Assembly (NCBI GenBank): GCA_024679065.1
Contig: JAGIQG010000016.1
Location: 2,666,001 to 2,730,000, forward strand
Origin: Sphyrna mokarran
Taxonomy: Eukaryota
Reading direction: 5' to 3'
DNA: 64,000 bases
This document shows positions 1-12,262 of the stretch, in pieces. The first letter of the stretch is position 1; each line of letters starts with the position of its first letter. The position numbers were made by a program, and so were the translations under genes. Below the pieces are notes generated by a model. The model was not told the origin of the DNA, made no database searches, and was given only the letters and a program-made list of their open reading frames with translations.

Positions 1-195
1 ATTTTCTCGTTACCCACCGCTAAATTCCCCCTCTCCTCCTCCAAGGGTCCAACTTTCACACTAGCCCAGTCTCTTTATATATTTGTAAAAACTTTCACTT
101 TTTTTTATATTTAGAGCTAGTTTAGCTTCATACTCTATCGTTCCTTTCTTTATCGCTTTCTTAGTCATTTTTGTTGCTTTTTTAAATCTTTCTCA
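1..195 (-). mobile_element. CR1 LINE ORF2 fragment, part of the inverted 5' segment of the CR1 at 1258-2932
   Basis: The reverse complement matches the longer CR1 copy at ~28785-28985 and continues the minus-strand piece at 981-1245. Confidence 0.8.
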
Positions 196-980
196 AGATT
201 ATGAGGGGTATAGATAGAGTAAACAGGGCTAAGCTTTTTCCTAGGATGAACACGAATAGCACGAGGGGTCATGGGCTTAGGGTGAGGGGGTAAGGTATAA
301 TTTGGATGCTAGAAGGAGTTTTTTCACACAGAGGGTGGTGGGGGTATGGAATGCACTGCCAAGTAAAGTGGGGGAGGCAGGTACTCTGGAGTTATTTAAG
401 AAATACTTAGATGGGCACATAAACAGAATAGGAATGGAGGGGTATAGAAAACTGATTTAAAATAGGGATCATGAGCCTTGGGAGTCCCTGGGAAGTGTGT
501 AAATAGATGATATTGATGTACTTGTTTTTATCCTACAAGTGCTTTGGTCCACCTTGTTGTCTAACAAGGGGCATACACACGATGGGTCATGAGAGGGCTG
601 CTCTTGGATCTTTTTCCTAGTACTTCACGTCGTTAGTGTACGCTTGACCTGGACCATTTGATGAGCAACACGACAGCTCAGTGACTATCGCTGTGCTGTG
701 CAGATACATGGATTTGGGCCTGTGTCTGTGGGAGTTTGCGCATTCTCCCCGTGCTTGCGTGGGTTTTCTCCGGGTGCTCCGGTTTCCTCCCACATCCCAA
801 AGATGTGCTCTTAGGCTAATTGGCAAAACAAATTCTCCCTAAATTGTCTCAAATTTGGTTTTTAATCCATAGATCTATAAACATGAACAGGGATCGTGGG
901 TAGAGGTGGGAACATCAGGGTGGCGGCGTGGGCTCATTGAGCCGAAGGGCCTGTTTCCCGTGCTGTTTTGTTCTTTGTTC
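196..980 (+). mobile_element. 5'-truncated CR1-type LINE 3' end followed by a unique segment and V-SINE-like sequence with a (gttct) tail
   Basis: CR1 ORF2 C-terminal-like DNA at 197-450; V-domain gggagtttgcgcattctccccgtg...ggtttcctcccac at ~730-800; a second copy of 525-980 lies inverted at 48820-49278. Confidence 0.7.
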
Positions 981-1245
981 TAATTGCCTGCTATTTTTAG
1001 CTGCTCTGAAGGCATCAGCTTTTAATTTAATACTCTCCTCTATTTCCTTCCATAACCATACCTGGTTATCTCTTCTCTTACAGTCCTTTTTCACCATTGG
1101 AATATATTTCTGCTGAGTACCAAAAAAAATCTCCTTAAAAATCCTCCACTGCTCCTCAGCCGTCCTACCAACCAAACTGCGCCCCCAATCTACATTCGCC
1201 AATTCTGCCCTCATCTTATCATATTCCCCTCTGTTCAAACTCTAC
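981..1245 (-). mobile_element. CR1 LINE ORF2 fragment (inverted segment)
   Basis: ORF 915..1238 (NRGEYDKMRAELANVDW...EEQWRIFKE) matches the CR1 copy at ~28515-28780. Confidence 0.85.
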
Positions 1246-1257
1246 TTTCTCATCCTC

Positions 1258-2932
1258 CATTCGAATATTATGAATAGAAGGATGGTAGGAGACGAGGTCC
1301 TTAATGCATTTACTGTCACTGGAGAGGCAGTGCTTGATAGACTAATGGGACTGAAGGTAGACAAGTCTCCAGGACCGGATGGAATGCACCCCAGGATTCT
1401 GAAAGAAATGGCAGAGGTGATAGCAGATGTCTTCGCAATTATTTATCAAAATTTGCTGGACTCTGGGGAAGTGCCAGAAGATTGGAAAACAGCTAATGTT
1501 GTGCCGCTGTTTAAAAAAGGCAGCAGACAAAAGGCAGGGAATTATAGGCTGGTTAGTTTAACTTTTATAGTTGGAAAAATGCTAGAATCTGTCATCAAAG
1601 GAGAAATAGCGAGACACCTAGAAAAGAACATTTGATCAAACAGATGCAGCACGGATTTGTGAAGGGGAAGTTGTGTTTAATGAATTTATTGGATTTCTAT
1701 GAGGATGTGACTATGCGGTACATAGAGGGGAATCAGTGGATGTGGTGTTTTTAGATTTCTAGAAGGCATTTGATAAGGTGCCTCACTAAAGTTGCTGCAA
1801 AAAGGTTAGGGTGCATGGAGTTGGGGGTAAGGTGTTAGCATGGATAGAGGATTGGTTGTCTAATAGGAAGCAGAGAGTTTGAATCAATGGATGCTATTCT
1901 GGTTGGCAATTGGTGACTAGTGGAATGCTGCAGGAATTGGTGCTGGGCCTCAACTGTTTACCATTTACATAGACAATCTGGAGGCGTAGGCTGAGTATAG
2001 GGTAATGAAATTTGCTGATGACATGCAGATGAGTGGAAAAGCAAATTGCGTGGAAGGTGCGGAAAGTCTGTAGAGAGATCTGGATAGGCTGAGTGAATGG
2101 GCGAGGACCTGCCAGATGGAGTATAATGTTAGCGAACGTGAGTTATCCACTTTGGTAAAAATAATAGTAGGAGGGATTATTATTTAAAGGGCAAAAAGCT
2201 GCAGCATGCTACGGTGCAGACGGACCTGGGGGTCACTGTGCACAAATCGCAAAAACCCAGTCTGCAGGTGCAACAGGGGATCAAGAAGGCGAATGGAATG
2301 CTGGCCTTTATGATGAAGGGGATAGAATATAAAAATAAGGAGGTCTTGCTGCAACTGTACAGGGCACTGGTGAGGCTGCAACTGGAGTACTGGGTGCAGT
2401 TTTGGTTGCCGCATTTAAGAGGATATATTGGCCTTGGAAGGAGTGCAGAGAAGATTCACGAGGCTGATACCGGAGATGAGGGGGTTAGCTAATGAAGAAA
2501 GATTGAATAGACTGGGTCCGTACTCATTAGAGTTTAGAAGGCTGAGGAGGAATCTTATAGAGACTTACAAGATAATGAAGGGGTTTGATAGGGAAGAGGT
2601 ACAGAGATTCTTCCCGCTTAGAAAGGATAGCAGAACTAGAGGGCACAGTCTCAAAATAGGGGGAGGGGGCAGTTTAGATTGGAGTTGAGGAGGAACTTTT
2701 TCACTCAAAGGGTGGTAAGTCTCTGGAATTCTCTGCCCATTGCAGTGGCTACTTTGCTGAATATATTTCAGTCATGGGTAGATAGGTTTCTAATAGACAA
2801 GGGAATTAAGGGTTATGGGGACAAAGCGGGAAAGTAGAATGATCTACTTCAGATCAGCCATGATCTTATTGAATGACGGGGCAGGCTCGATGGGCTGGAT
2901 GGCCTACTCCTGCTCCTATTCCTTATGTTCTT
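1258..2932 (+). mobile_element. CR1 LINE, 5'-truncated, decayed RT, with 3' tail
   Basis: KSPGPDGMHPRILKE, PEDWKTANVVPLFKKG, FADD and LVRLQLEYWVQFW motifs; tail ttccttatgttcttatg. Confidence 0.95.
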
Positions 2933-3300
2933 ATGTGTCTTTCCCCTGTGAGTGGGGAGATCAATGTGGGTGTGGATAATCAGTACGAGTCTCTTCCCCC
3001 TCTGGGGATAGGGGGATCATGTGGGTGTCTTTCCCCTCTGGGATTGGGGGGAATCAGTAAGGGTGGGGGGGGGTATCAGTGTGGGAGTCTTCCCCCTCTG
3101 AGTGTGCGGGGATCAGTGAGAGTGTCTTTCCCTGTGAGGGTGGGGGGGGATCAGTGTGGGTGGGGATAATCAGTATGCATGTCTTCCCCCTCTGGAGGTG
3201 GGGGGGATCAGTGTAGGTGCCTTCCCCTTTTGGAGGTGGGGAGGATTAGTGTGGGTGTCTTTGCCCTCTGGGTGTGGGGGGAACAGTGTGGGTGGGGAGG
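2933..3300 (+). repeat. Degenerate G-rich tandem repeat (~38-bp unit, gtgtgggtgtcttccccctctggggNtgggggggatca)
   Basis: The unit recurs about 8 times with variation. Confidence 0.75.
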
Positions 3301-4149
3301 GTGAGATGAAAGACAACTGGATTAAATTAGGTTCAGTGTATAAATGTATTGTAGATTTATAGCTGTTGAGCAGCTGCCTGGTTTTATATCCTGTACACTT
3401 GCTTCTTTTATTTACTTATCCGTTATTGAATAACTTGTTGACTATCTGGCTGAAGCTGATTCAATGCCCTACCACAATTTATTTGTTTATTCTGTTAATA
3501 TTGAACACCTGTCTCATACTTCTCAATATTAAGTTGCGATTATCAGTTATTTACTGTTAAAATTTGCCAGCTCCCCATGTTGCTAAGTATTCTATGATTC
3601 CCACTTCCCTAACAGCATTGCAGGTATATCTACGCCACCGGCAGCAGTTTAGGAAGGCAGCTCACCACCACTTTCTCAAGCAACAATTAGAGATGGACAA
3701 TAAATGCTGGTCTAGCCAGTGACAACCAGAAAGAGTTTGTTCAGTTTATAGGGTTTTTTGTGTTGCTGAACTGTGGGTGGGGAAAATCTTTGCTTTCCTT
3801 TCCCATCCTGACAGAGTTGGCCTGATGTCCCCGGAGTTAATACTGAGCTTCATCCAAACATTTCACAACAGGAAAACATCCAGCAAAGGAAATCTGAGCC
3901 TCCCTCGCATAAAAATATTACAGAAATTACAAGAAAGAAAAGGATGAGGGATGAAGCTAATTGAAACATTTGTCAAAATGTCAAGGTATACATGGAAAGG
4001 TTATTGCTGCACGCTGCTCCAATCCCAGTTGGAATATAACTTGGGAACTATTGCGGGATATCAAAGAACAGTCAATGGACAATTCAACATGGAATAATCA
4101 TAGGTAAAGGATGAAAGGTCAGATATCCAGGTTTCTTGGACATTAGTAA

Positions 4150-4900
4150 ACCATGTTGTCTGCTGCCCTTGTCCTTCTACATGGTAGCGGTTGTGGGTTT
4201 GGAAGGTGCTGCCTAAGGAGCCTGGGGAGTTGCTGCAGTGCATCTTGTAGATGGTACACACAGCTATCACTGTGCGTTGGGGATTGAGGGAGTGAATGTT
4301 TATAGTTAGCATGTCGATTAAGTGGGCCTGCTTTATGCTGGATGGTGTCAAGCTTCTTGAGTGTTGTTGGAACTGCATTCATTCAGGCGGAGTATTCCAT
4401 CACGGAGTGATGGAGTATTCCATCACACTCCCGACTTGTGCCTTGTAAAAGGTGAACAAACTTTAAGGATTCAGGAGGTGAGTTACTTGGGATTCCCGGC
4501 TTCTGATTTATTCTTTAAACCTCAGTATTTATATTGCTAATCTAGTTTAATTTCTTGTTAAGGGTAACACAAGATGTTGATAGTGGAGGATTCAGCGATA
4601 ATAATGCCATTGAATGTCAAGGTTAGATTCTCTTTGTTGGAGATGTTGCTTGGCATGGATATTACTTGCCATTTGTTAGCCCAAACCTAGATATTATCCA
4701 GGTCTTTCTGCACTGCTTTAGTATCTGAGGAGTTTCAATTGGTGCTGAACATTGTGCAGTCATCAGTGAACATCCCCATCTTATGACAGAAGGTCATTGA
4801 TGAAGCAGCTGAAGATGGTTGGGCTGAGGACACTATCCTGAGGAACTCCTGCAGAGGTATTCTGGACCTGAGATCCCTGTCTCCAAAGACCATAACCATT
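4150..4900 (-). mobile_element. Old CR1/L2-superfamily LINE fragment
   Basis: Same family as 24460-24830, 25545-26390 and 34930-36120; VPQDSVLSPTIFSCFIND-like RT region and PTTLKKLDTIQHKA C-terminal motif. Confidence 0.75.
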
Positions 4901-6834
4901 GTTCCAGAAAAGGATCATTCCCTCCCATGAGTTTGGAAAAACAGCAAAGAATTAAACTCTGAAGCCCAACTCTGAAGAGGACTCATACAGACTCAAAATC
5001 TTAAATGTTTCTCTCTCTCCACAGATGCTGTCTTATCTGCTGAGTTTATCCAGCATTTTCTGTTTCTATTTCAAATTTCCAGCATCCGCAGTATTTTGCT
5101 TTTAATTTGATAGCATTAAACCCTGCAGAAGGTGAAGGAACATTTTCCCTAAACATCCCCTGCTTCCCTTCCCGCCACTATCTGAATTATTGCAGCTCCT
5201 TTCCATCCACCACAAAGATCACTTGCAATACACGGTACTTAAGGACACTGAAAGGCACAACCTTAACTGAGAGGGAACAAGATACCTGCTGATATTTTTT
5301 CCTGGGAATTGAGACAGTTAAAGAGTGCAGTGTTTACTGTGAGGATCCAGTATGATTCCGGATCACTGGGGGAGTTTCAGGTACAGCTCCTGAGAAAGGG
5401 GGATTGTTAAAGGGAGAACTGCACAGATTCCAGTGGAGCTGTGATCAGCAGCTATTGATTGTTGTTAATGTGACACACTGTCTGGTGATTGTTTGAGGCT
5501 AAACATTGAACAGAAAAGCAAAATATTGCAGGTAATGGAAATCTAAAATAAAGCTAACACGCAGGTCAGACAGGGAGGAAAAGTCAGTTAATATTGCAGT
5601 GGTAAATGTTCATTCCAGCACATTTCTGTTCCTCAGTTTTGTGTTACTATTTTCAGGAACACCAGATTTCTCAAAGTGCTTCAAAGTCAATGAAATACTT
5701 TCTGAAATGGATTCTCTGCTACAAGAGACATGTCAGTCTTGGATTTAATGCTCAAGTTCGGGAATGGGACTGATTTTGGGATCATTGCCGAGATGGAACC
5801 AGTTTAGAAGGAGACAGGCAATAAAGAGCTGAATCCTGGTAAAGATCAAAGACAGTTTCCCCCAGATCCACCTCTTTCCCTCTGGGATCTGAGACACTGA
5901 CAGTTCCAGCCATTCCCTTTGTTGCAATCCCAGTTGATGTTATACCCGATAGGAAGCTCCCAGAATAGATCCAGGCGGGGGGAAACTTTCCTTCACCCTC
6001 ATTCAGCTCTTTGTCCATGGGAATGGATGGAGAGGAGCTACAGGTACTGTCGGTGTCTCAGAGCTGGGAGGAAAGAGAGGGATCTGAGGGAAACTTTCCT
6101 TCATCCTCACCCCCATTCAGTTCTTTATCCAGAAAAATGGATGGAAAGGAGCTGCAGGGACTGTCAGCAGGCTATAGAGTGCAGCAATATTGGTACGAGG
6201 GAGAATGGGTAAGGGTGGGGGATCTGGGGGGAATGGGCTGAGGGCAATGGGCAATGGATGAAAAAAGAGTGGTGATGGTCAGACGGTGAGATCAGTGTCT
6301 GTTTCATATTACCTTACTAGGAGTGTGATTCTATTTACATTTTATTAAAGCAGAAATAGACCGGTTCAGCAAGCCACCTGGGTTTTTACATCCTGGGCAG
6401 TAGCTGCTTCCTTTATTTGCATTTCAGTTAATGATAACTAGGGCAATCTGTTTCCAGCTAATTCAGTTTCTGTCAACAGTTGTGCTTTGTCAATAATGAA
6501 TAAGACTCTGTCTCATACTTCTCCATAACAGATTGTGATTATCAGCCATGTATTGTTAAGAATCCCCAGCCTTAAAAATCCCCATGGTTCCCTATGTTGT
6601 CAGTACCTCACGATTTCCAATTTTCCTCACAGCATGGTGGGTGTACCTACACCTCAGGGACTGCAGCAGGTTCACAAAGTGGCTCACCCACCACCTTCTC
6701 AAGGGGCAATTAGAGATGGGCAATAAATGCTAGTCTAGCCAGTGACACCGCGTCCTGTAAATGAGTTAAAACATTTTGTTCGAGGTTTCCTTGTATATCA
6801 CATTGCTAAAAAGGGACACTCTTTTTTCCATATT

Positions 6835-6960
6835 AGCACTTCCTGATTTGCTAAGTTAATAGCTTCTCTACTTTTCTCCACAATATGTTTCACTGGGTGG
6901 GTCCAGACTGTTCTAATTTCAATCCAAGTGCACATTCCTGGGAAACGTCACTTCTGACCT
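6835..6960 (+). promoter_or_regulatory. Putative promoter of gene A
   Basis: ETS site cacttcctg (6837-6845), TTC-N4-GAA STAT-type site ttcctgggaa (6935-6944), CRE half-site acgtca; core aatccaagtgc..ttcctgggaaac resembles copies at ~38430 (-), ~59460 (+) and ~60810 (-). Confidence 0.5.
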
Positions 6961-7095
6961 GGAAGGCAAGGAACTGGAGACCAGGCATGATCCAACTTCA
7001 CCAACCCCACTCTGGTACAAGGTGAAGTAATTATCCCTCAGACACAGGCCCACCCAGGCTGTGCTTTGCACCTTCGTTTCTTCTGGCTATTTCTA

Positions 7096-7098
7096 ATG
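7096..7098 (+). CDS. Gene A putative exon 1, coding part is the ATG only
   Basis: ctaATG|gttagg donor; the leader exon at 10429 starts in phase 0 without Met; lies just downstream of the promoter-like block. Confidence 0.45.
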
Positions 7099-7588
7099 GT
7101 TAGGTGACTGTGAATGTGTCTCTGATGTGGGGCTCAGTGTTAATCCCTGTATTGACTGGGATGAGTGAACAGGAGCTGCAGAGACTGTCAGTGTCACTGG
7201 GGGAAACTTTACTTCATCCTCACCTCATTCAGCTCTTCATTCAAAATAAATTTCTGAGGATTCTGGAAATCTGAGATAAATATAGAAAATGCTAGAATTC
7301 CTCAGCAGTCCAGACAGAGAATCTGTGGCGAGAGAAACGGAATTAATATTTGACATTTAACCCAGCTTTCCTATCTGCTGACTCACTGTGATAATGAGTT
7401 ATGTTCTCAACCATCACAGCAAAAAATAGTCAGTGACAGTTTCTGTGATTCAGAGCATCCATCTCAATTTTACAACAGTAGACAGGGTGAAGAAACTATG
7501 GTCAACATATCCAAAAATCTCACCAAGTCAATTCCCTCAACCCATTGAATTCATTTCAGAGTTAACATAGAATCTCATCATACAGCAT

Positions 7589-8440
7589 TGAGCGGAATTT
7601 TACAAGAATGATTCTAAGTGTCTAGCGAGCATGAAAATGAGAAAGTTGTTAATCTGTTTCTTGGGTAAATTTTCATGCCCAATTTTACAGAAAAAAATGG
7701 TTTAATATTTGCTGCTGCTGCAAGCACTGGGCTAGGCTTAATTCAGCAGTTAACCTACAGAGAGAGCTACTGCACATGTGCAGACCTCCAATTCTGCACA
7801 TGCACAACTTGAACAGCAGGCATCTGATAGACAGAGGGCTGTCAGGCTGCTGCTGCCATAGGCAACTTAAACAAACCCCATCACCCCCTCCCATTCATAA
7901 TCATGGGGGCCCGCGGCTGATCATAAGCCCCACAACACTCAAAATGCAGTCCTCGCCGCCCAGACTGATCATGTCCTCTTCCCCCCTGATCCAACAGCAA
8001 TGCAGAGTGCGCAGCAGACCCCACTCACTCCTGATCAGGCCACCCCTTCAGGCCCTGCTCCTGACTATGCACCCATTGGTTTCACCCCTGCCCCATAGGC
8101 CCCGCACCTGGTCCCACCCTCATAGGCTCCACTCCTTAGCACTGGTGGGCAGTGGCCGGTGAGCATTGCTGTGATGCTAGGTTGGCAGTGCCAATGTGCC
8201 AGACTGGCACTACCAGGATGCCACTGCCCAAGAAAAGAACTTCGCCCAGCAAGGCCACAAAGGCAAATACAGGCAAATAAATATTACCATACACGACCTT
8301 AATTTCCGGTGAGAGGCTGACCACACCAGAAATCTGGATCTCATCTCGAGAGCTGAGAAATCGGGCGTGATCCTGATTTTTCAGCTCCTGTGCTCACTCC
8401 GCCTATCAATGGACAGGGCATGCTGGTAAAATCCCTGCCA
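7589..8440. mobile_element. Non-autonomous DNA transposon (MITE-like, possibly PIF/Harbinger type)
   Basis: Imperfect terminal inverted repeats gagcggaattttacaag ... ctggtaaaatccctgcc; non-coding GC-rich interior. Confidence 0.45.
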
Positions 8441-8547
8441 CTGTCTCAAAACACATCACAGGGCAATAATTTCTATGTAATCCTGTAATTACATTTAAAT
8501 TATAAACGTTTAGTAGGGTACTCTGGAGCTAAGTCAGATAAGCGCCC

Positions 8548-8812
8548 AGTGTAGCACTCCCTCAGTACTAACCCTCTGATAGTGAGGCATTCCCTCGGTC
8601 CTGACTGTCTGACACTGTGGCACTCCCTCAGTACTGACTCTCTGATAATGCGGCACTCCCTCAGTGCTGACCCTCCCTCAGTGCTGACCCTCTGACAGTG
8701 CAGCACTCCCTCAGCACTGACCCTCTGACACTCCCTCAGTACTGACTCTCTGATAATGCGGCACTTCCTCAGTGCTGACCCTCTGACAGTGCAGCACTCC
8801 CTCAGTACTGAC
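8548..8812 (-). repeat. 33-bp minisatellite (gtcagtactgagggagtgctgcactgtcagagg), Deu-SINE-derived
   Basis: Tandem units; same unit at 26703-27152 and 61214-61556. Confidence 0.9.
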
Positions 8813-10165
8813 TCACTAATAATGCAGTGCAGAGAGGAGTTAACATCCACTGGGGAGAGCACTTTGAGGACCTCCATAACCAGGATGCAAACTTTGCTGC
8901 AAATACCATTGACACCATCTCGCAATACATTACCTACTATCATCTCAGTGCAATCCCAGATCAAGGTGATGGTGAAAATGCCATTTGACAGCTGAAAAAC
9001 AAGAAGGCTCTGGCACAGGTGGAATCCTCACTGAAAAATTAAATCCGGCAGAGAGATACGCTTCACAAGAATATGCAATTTCATCCATTCGTGTCTGGAT
9101 GTAAGACAGCATAGTGAGAAGTCTCACAATCGCAGGTTAAAGTCCAACAGATTTATTTGTAGCAAATGCCACTCGCTTTTGGAACTGGCTGTTCCTTCTA
9201 AGACAGCATGTCAGCAGATTTCAGAGATGCCTTAATTGTGGCCATCTTCAAGAAAGAAGATGGGTCCAACTGTGGAAATTACAGAGGAATTTTCCTACTC
9301 TCCACTATGGGAAAAGTCATTGCAACAATTCTCCTCAAAGATTCCTCCCAGTGGCGGTACAGCTACTCCCTGACTCTCAGTGTGGCTTCGCCTGTTAGGA
9401 GACACAATGGACATGACCTTCGGCATACGGCAAATCCAGGTAAAGTGCAGGGAGCAGTATCAATCTCCATACATGGCCTTCTCCGACTCACAAAGGCTCG
9501 CAATTCGTCAACCGTGAGGGATTGTGGAACATCCTCCTCAAATCCTGCTTCCCACAGAAATTCGTCACCATTCTCCACCTGCTCCACAATAACACACAGT
9601 GATCCTCACCAGTACTGACCCTCTGATAGAGTTAATGTTTCACATTAATTGCCCTTCATTAAAACCAGAAAAAGGGAGAAACAAAATTGTTTTTATTTGT
9701 AATGATATAATTTATTCACTTAAATCTGGAAGACACATTACAAAACATGTTATAACTATAAATTGCGATGATATTCACATTCTCTCCAGAGATCTGATGA
9801 CATCAGAAACATTTCTATATTTTCGTTACAGAGTTCAATTCTTTTCAAACGATATACATCGGTTTTGCACTTCGGGGTACTTCAATACTCACTAATAATG
9901 CAGCGAAAAGAGGCACTTAACACTCACTGGGGAGAGCCCTTTGAGGATCTCTGTAACCAGGATCCAGCCTTTGACACAATGCCATTGACACCATCTCTCA
10001 ACATGCTACCCACCATCATCTCAGTGCAACCCCAGCTCAACGTGAGGGCAAAAATGCCATCTGACAGTTGAAAAATAACAAGGCCTCTGGCAGGGGTGGA
10101 ATCCTCACTGAAATATTAAATCCGGCAGAGATACTCTTCACAAGAATCCACAATCTCATCCCATG
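8813..10165 (+). mobile_element. RTE-type LINE fragments, with 8813-9090 repeated at 9888-10165
   Basis: HWGEHFEDL and DFRDALIVAIFKK...CGNYRGIFLLSTMGKVIA motifs. Confidence 0.75.
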
Positions 10166-10428
10166 TGCCATCTGCCAAGTGGCTCGGATTAAACTCTCAG
10201 TCTCGGGGTTTATAGATCTTTAACAGCTCTTCAGCATGACTTGGCTGAAAGGCTTTACAAAGTGATCTTTCCCCATCTTGCCCAGGCAGCAGCTGCTCCA
10301 AGTTAGAATGTGTCTCTCAGCATGTAATCCTGGGCAAGGGGACACAGGAAGTTTCGGGCAGTCCAATCATCAGTCTGAACAGGGGGTGAACCTGTTTTAA
10401 AGGGGGTAACAGTGTTTTCTTGTTGCAG

Positions 10429-10486
10429 GGACATAACTTCCACAAACTACTCTTGCTGCTGCTCAGTGTTGTTGCTGCTGTTTCAG
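10429..10486 (+). CDS. Gene A signal-peptide exon (GHNFHKLLLLLLSVVAAVS)
   Basis: tttcttgttgcag acceptor and tcag|gtaaga donor; 58 nt, phase 0 to 1; hydrophobic leader. Confidence 0.85.
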
Positions 10487-11250
10487 GTAAGAGCTGTGAC
10501 TGTTGGAACATTTCAGCACTGATCAAAGAAGGAGGGGATGGAAATTAAGAATACATCTTGCTTTAGGATGCTGTGTGTATTGCAAGTGGGACTATTGAGG
10601 GAGTGGACACTGTAGCTTCACATCACACAAAATGATCATCAGAATTGAAAGGAAGGAAGTTAATGTCTTTGCATTAACCCCTGTGATGTGAACAGTGGGA
10701 TCTGGACACTGAGCAACACTCAGTGACACTGGGATGGGTGACTGGATAACACTGGGATGGGTGCCTGAGATCCGGTGGGTCTCAGATGGGAATTGAAAGG
10801 GACTGGGATGAGATCCTGAGCTTTGGAATCAGGAGTCTGGGACTGTCCTGAGATCAGACAGGCATTGGTAAATGTGATTTTTACAATTCAGGGTCAGTTT
10901 TCAGCTCCTGAGTTCCACCTCACACTGTCCACCTCTCCCAGTCTGTGATTTTTCTCCCAAGGGGAGGTGACCAATATCCTGATGTGTTCTCTCAGCACGT
11001 GTACAAATGGAAAACATGTGATTCAAAGTGTTGTCCAGCTGCTCTGTGCTTATAAATATCCAGCACAAGCTGGTTTTAGTTAATGTCCCTCAATGCCTGA
11101 GCTTTAACCTTCCCACACAAATGAAAGCAGTGAGGTACTGATCAGTAATTCTTGTAAATCAAGCATCACAGTGTAACCATGTGAAGCTTGGGATGTAATG
11201 TACCAGCAGGGAGGTTATATCTGTGGGTAAATACTTTCAATCTTTTCCAG

Positions 11251-11595
11251 GTTTTTCACATTTCCCAGTTTCTGGGTTCCTTAGGGAGCAGGTTGTGCTG
11301 CCCTGTACCTACAAAGGGAATGTCCCAGTCTCAGATTTAATGGTAATCTGGGGGACACCCGAACATGCATTTTTGCACAAGTTTGTCAATGGAAATGATG
11401 ATTTGACAAAACAAGATCCACGGTTCAGAAACAGAACGAAGCTGTTCAAAGATCAACTGGAACAAGGAAACTGGTCAGTTCTGCTCTTTGACCTCAGGGA
11501 GTCAGACCGGAGCCAGTACGAGTGTCAGATCTACAAGAAGATTGATAAACAAAGTCATTTGGAGGGAATTAATTCAGTCGATCTCTTTGTAACAG
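11251..11595 (+). CDS. Gene A IgV exon 1, B7/butyrophilin/CD276-VTCN1-like V-set domain
   Basis: ttttccag acceptor, acag|gtgaga donor, 345 nt, phase 1-1; VVLPC..VIW..QDPRFRNRTKLFKDQL..GNWSVLL..D..YEC motif. Confidence 0.93.
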
Positions 11596-11917
11596 GTGAG
11601 AGATTTCTATTTCAGATATTCCATATTTATGATATGGTGATTACATTATTAAAATTATTTAGAGTATTTTGAACATTTCTGCAGTTGTTTCAATGGATAG
11701 ACAGTGAGTAACATTGGAAGGTTTGAAGTATCTTTGGTGATATTTTACCAAAGAATGATTGTGTGAGAGTGAGTGGTGTGGGTCACTGTTACCTGTAACT
11801 GGTCCTTAAATGACCTGGAATTGTTATTTCTGTTCTGAGTCTCACCTTCCTGTCCCTCAGATGTAGAGTTCAACAAGGAGATTCTATCTATTCATAAATA
11901 CTTTCAATCTTTTCCAG

Positions 11918-12262
11918 GTAACTTGCCTGTCCCAGTTTCTGGCTTCCTTGGGGAGCAGGTTGTGCTGCCCTGTACCTACAAAGGAAATGTTACCATCTCA
12001 GATTTACTGGTAATCTGGGGAACTGCCAAGGGTGATATCTTACACAGAGTGGTCAATGGAAACGATGATTTGACACAACAAGATCCAAGGTTCAGAAACC
12101 GAACAAAACTGTTCAAAGATCAACTGGAACAAGGAAACTGGTCAGTTCTGCTCTCTGACCTCAAGGAGTCAGACCAGAACCAGTATCAGTGTCAGATTTA
12201 CAAGAAGCTGGAGACAGGCTATTATTGGGAGCAATTTGAACTCGTCCATCTCTCTGTAACAG
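11918..12262 (+). CDS. Gene A IgV exon 2 (tandem duplicate V domain, ~70% aa identity to V1 by manual count)
   Basis: ttttccag acceptor, acag|gtgaga donor, 345 nt, phase 1-1; both Cys and the Trp are intact. Confidence 0.93.
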
